Positions 61,385 to 64,000 of a DNA stretch of 64,000 nucleotides are shown here, piece after piece. Position 1 is the stretch's first letter, and each line of letters begins with the position of its first letter. A program made the translations under genes and the position numbers. The stretch is from Zootoca vivipara (lineage: Eukaryota): assembly GCF_963506605.1 (NCBI RefSeq), contig NC_083283.1:47678001-47742000 (forward strand), read 5' to 3'. The notes under the pieces are model-generated. The model was not told the DNA's origin, searched no databases, and was given only the letters and a program-made list of their open reading frames with translations.

Positions 61385-64000
61385 ATTCGGTTTATTGAGG
61401 AAGGCCTATACTTATCCTAGACAAATAAATACTGTAATGCTACTGCACAGAATCACACTCGGCTTCTTGAAACAACAAAAAGTCTTCTTGATCTGGTGTT
61501 GCACCAGACCATACACTGATGTGTTAGAACTGGAAAAATGGCTCTTCTGCAAGTACAGCAACCATTGACCAGTATTTTTTTAGACCAGAGTGGAGCTGTA
61601 GTACTTGCTTTTGATTCTGAGTGCCGTTAAGAGTGGCCCCACACCTTCTTACAGTTACCTTCTGACAAAAGCTCTAGCATGTGGCTTTCTGCCCATACCT
61701 AGGACACTACAGTTTGAGCCATTTAAAATATATTGGTGCACTTCCACTGTCTTTTTTAATGATATTTTCCCCTGTGTTTAGGTTTCACAACTCGGGTCAG
61801 AGAATAGCAGAACATTTTAGTGTCAGTCATCTGTGAAGTTTCATATGGCTTTCTAAATTGCATCCCTGTAGAACTGGTCATTTCCTCCGCAAAAGTAGAC
61901 TGCTTTAGGCCTGAGAGGTCAGTCAAAGAGCATACCTGCTAATTTTCTTACATTTCTTCCCCTGGGAGGGCCAGGGAGGGAAGAGATTTTTTTCCTTCCA
62001 ATTTCTTGTCAGTCTCATCTTTGTTGGCAAGCTTAAAACCATTTCCAGTTGTGGCACTTGGAACTGCACCTTCTGAGCTTTCTTAACAATTGAAATGCGT
62101 ATTGACTCACTTTTTTCTCTTTATAAGAAAAACCATTCATTCCCTTTCACTTCTAGATAATTTAGAATGGACTTGCGATGGAAAATGTATATGTGTAACT
62201 GGAAACAGTTTTGGAATAATTGGAGTTCAATATGACATGTCTTTGTGGATTACAGTTTCCATTTTATGTGAGCTTTTCAGAGGTGCTCCTCATAAATTTC
62301 TAATAACAATAATAACCAAGCACAAATAGCCATGCTCTATAGACGGAATATCATCAGCAGGTAGGACAGAAATGGGGGGGGGGGAATCTTTACTTGTAAG
62401 TATACATATTGTATGTCCTCCTTCCAATCCTCATTCTTTAGAGAAGAAAGGGAAGGCATGGACTGGGATTCAAACAAAATAATGGCAGTAGTTTTCTTTA
62501 AGCACAATAAGTGGCATTTTTGCTGATAGATGAAGTGCTGCGCTTTTGTTCTTTAAAAACCAGTCAGTTTATCAAACTTATTTTTCTGAAGTATCTGGAA
62601 GGTGAATTGGGACTTCAAACATATATGTAGCCAACCTTCCTATTGAAATCTATTGAAATATATTACCGTGACAAGTTTGGGGCATGAAACATTGCTTAAT
62701 AAGATAGATACTGCGTTGTGCAGAATACGTCACGGCAATGTCATTTGGAGCTGACAGTAGCACAGGCAAAGAAGAGTCGATCCACGAGAGCAAAATAACT
62801 CTTTTTTACTTACACCAATAAAAGTGTGCTCTTCAACAGAGGTATTCCTGTGCTTTTAGATGTAGTTCAGACAAAAGGCTACACAGAACATATACAAATA
62901 CTGGTGTTTTTCACAAGTTGTATAAGTTAAATGTTCAGATACACATGACTGTTCTTCCATCTTCATCAGTTTCAAGAGTTGCATAGCCTTGCTTCTTTCC
63001 CCCAAGTGTTTTCTTTCTGCACTTAGCGATGTGGGTGGGAGGCAGACCGTTAATAAGGTTAGCTACCCCTTTCCTCACTGCTATTCCATATTTCATTGCC
63101 CCTTCCCAAAACAGCTTTCACCTAGAAAAAGGTGGGATTAATGTGCAATAATATCCTGTTGCAGAAATTTCTTTGCAATTTTTGAACTAGGAATGGGTTT
63201 TTTTATTTCTAAATTTTTACAGGACACAGCATAAAGACTGAGTGAATGTGATGGTGGCTTGTTATATGAGATCAACAGTAGACAAAAACAAAACCCAAAA
63301 GCAAAACTCTTTTTTTTGTCATGTACAGTGAAAAGTTACACTTCCTATACTACGGCTGGCATCCTGGCGCAGGGATAAATATGCATGTATAAGATCATTT
63401 CTCCTTTCCCCCCTCCCAGTGACCTCATGCTAACTTCATTACTAAAACAGGCAGAGTACACATGTTAATTGGGGTGGGGGAAGGCACAGTGAATGAATCT
63501 TGTAGAGAATCATGCAGGTTGGAATGCCCTGAAAGGAGAATGTAATTATATCCTTTTCCTAATTAAACAGTGTGGCATAATTGATTGTTATAGTGAAACT
63601 GTTCCTCAGACTTGCATATAACAGCAAATTTATTCATTCAAAAGTTCAATAGGAGAGTGGCATTTAAACTTTAACCAATTCAACGATTCATCCATGAAAT
63701 TGTAAGGGAGGCTGTGCTGGTGTCTATCAACTTAAACTAAAATAAAACTACCCAATGGGTTGGAAACTTCAAATTAGAAAAGCTGAAAAGATGCATATGT
63801 GTACTTTTTCTGGACTCTTGGGGCTATTCAATTATACTGTGAATTACTATTTCAGATTACTAAAGGACATTTATAAGTCCCAGATGTACGATTAGCTGTC
63901 CCTGTTGATATTGGGTTTGCAGAAGCTAGTGATAATTCAAGAGGGATTGTCAGAGAAACTATGCATACAACTCCTGAATGATGAATAGCATTTTTTCTCT

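Noticed and set aside
1-64000. CRISPR arrays, rRNA, operons or other prokaryotic systems
   Set aside because: Eukaryotic DNA; no regularly spaced repeat-spacer structure or gene-dense region

Overview
AT-rich vertebrate genomic DNA from a squamate reptile, most likely a lacertid lizard (inferred from the Sauria SINE copies with (ACCTTT)n tails and the other squamate repeats). I could not support any host protein-coding exon. The window looks like part of a large intron or gene desert, and the ORF-track entries are either transposon remnants or chance ORFs. It holds nine Sauria SINE copies (two of them fused head-to-head), other tRNA/CORE SINEs, and decayed CR1, L2, RTE, Rex1/Babar and L1 fragments. 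It also holds several solo LTRs (one carrying two nested insertions), many hAT and Tc1/pogo MITEs with intact TIRs and TSDs, a 97-bp Penelope insertion, microsatellites and a 145-bp assembly gap. The most interesting signals are a hammerhead-ribozyme core in the Penelope insertion, a decayed HDV-like ribozyme fold at the 5' end of an internally deleted RTE, and a window-wide excess of TA-CCG/CGG-TA and TA-CAG/CTG-TA heptamers matching the excision footprints expected from the resident TA-targeting MITE families. Also notable are a hAT element with tandem and inverted GC-rich 80-nt hairpins, and TE-free blocks rich in homeodomain/TALE motifs that may be conserved enhancers. I found no wholly new protein-coding system.
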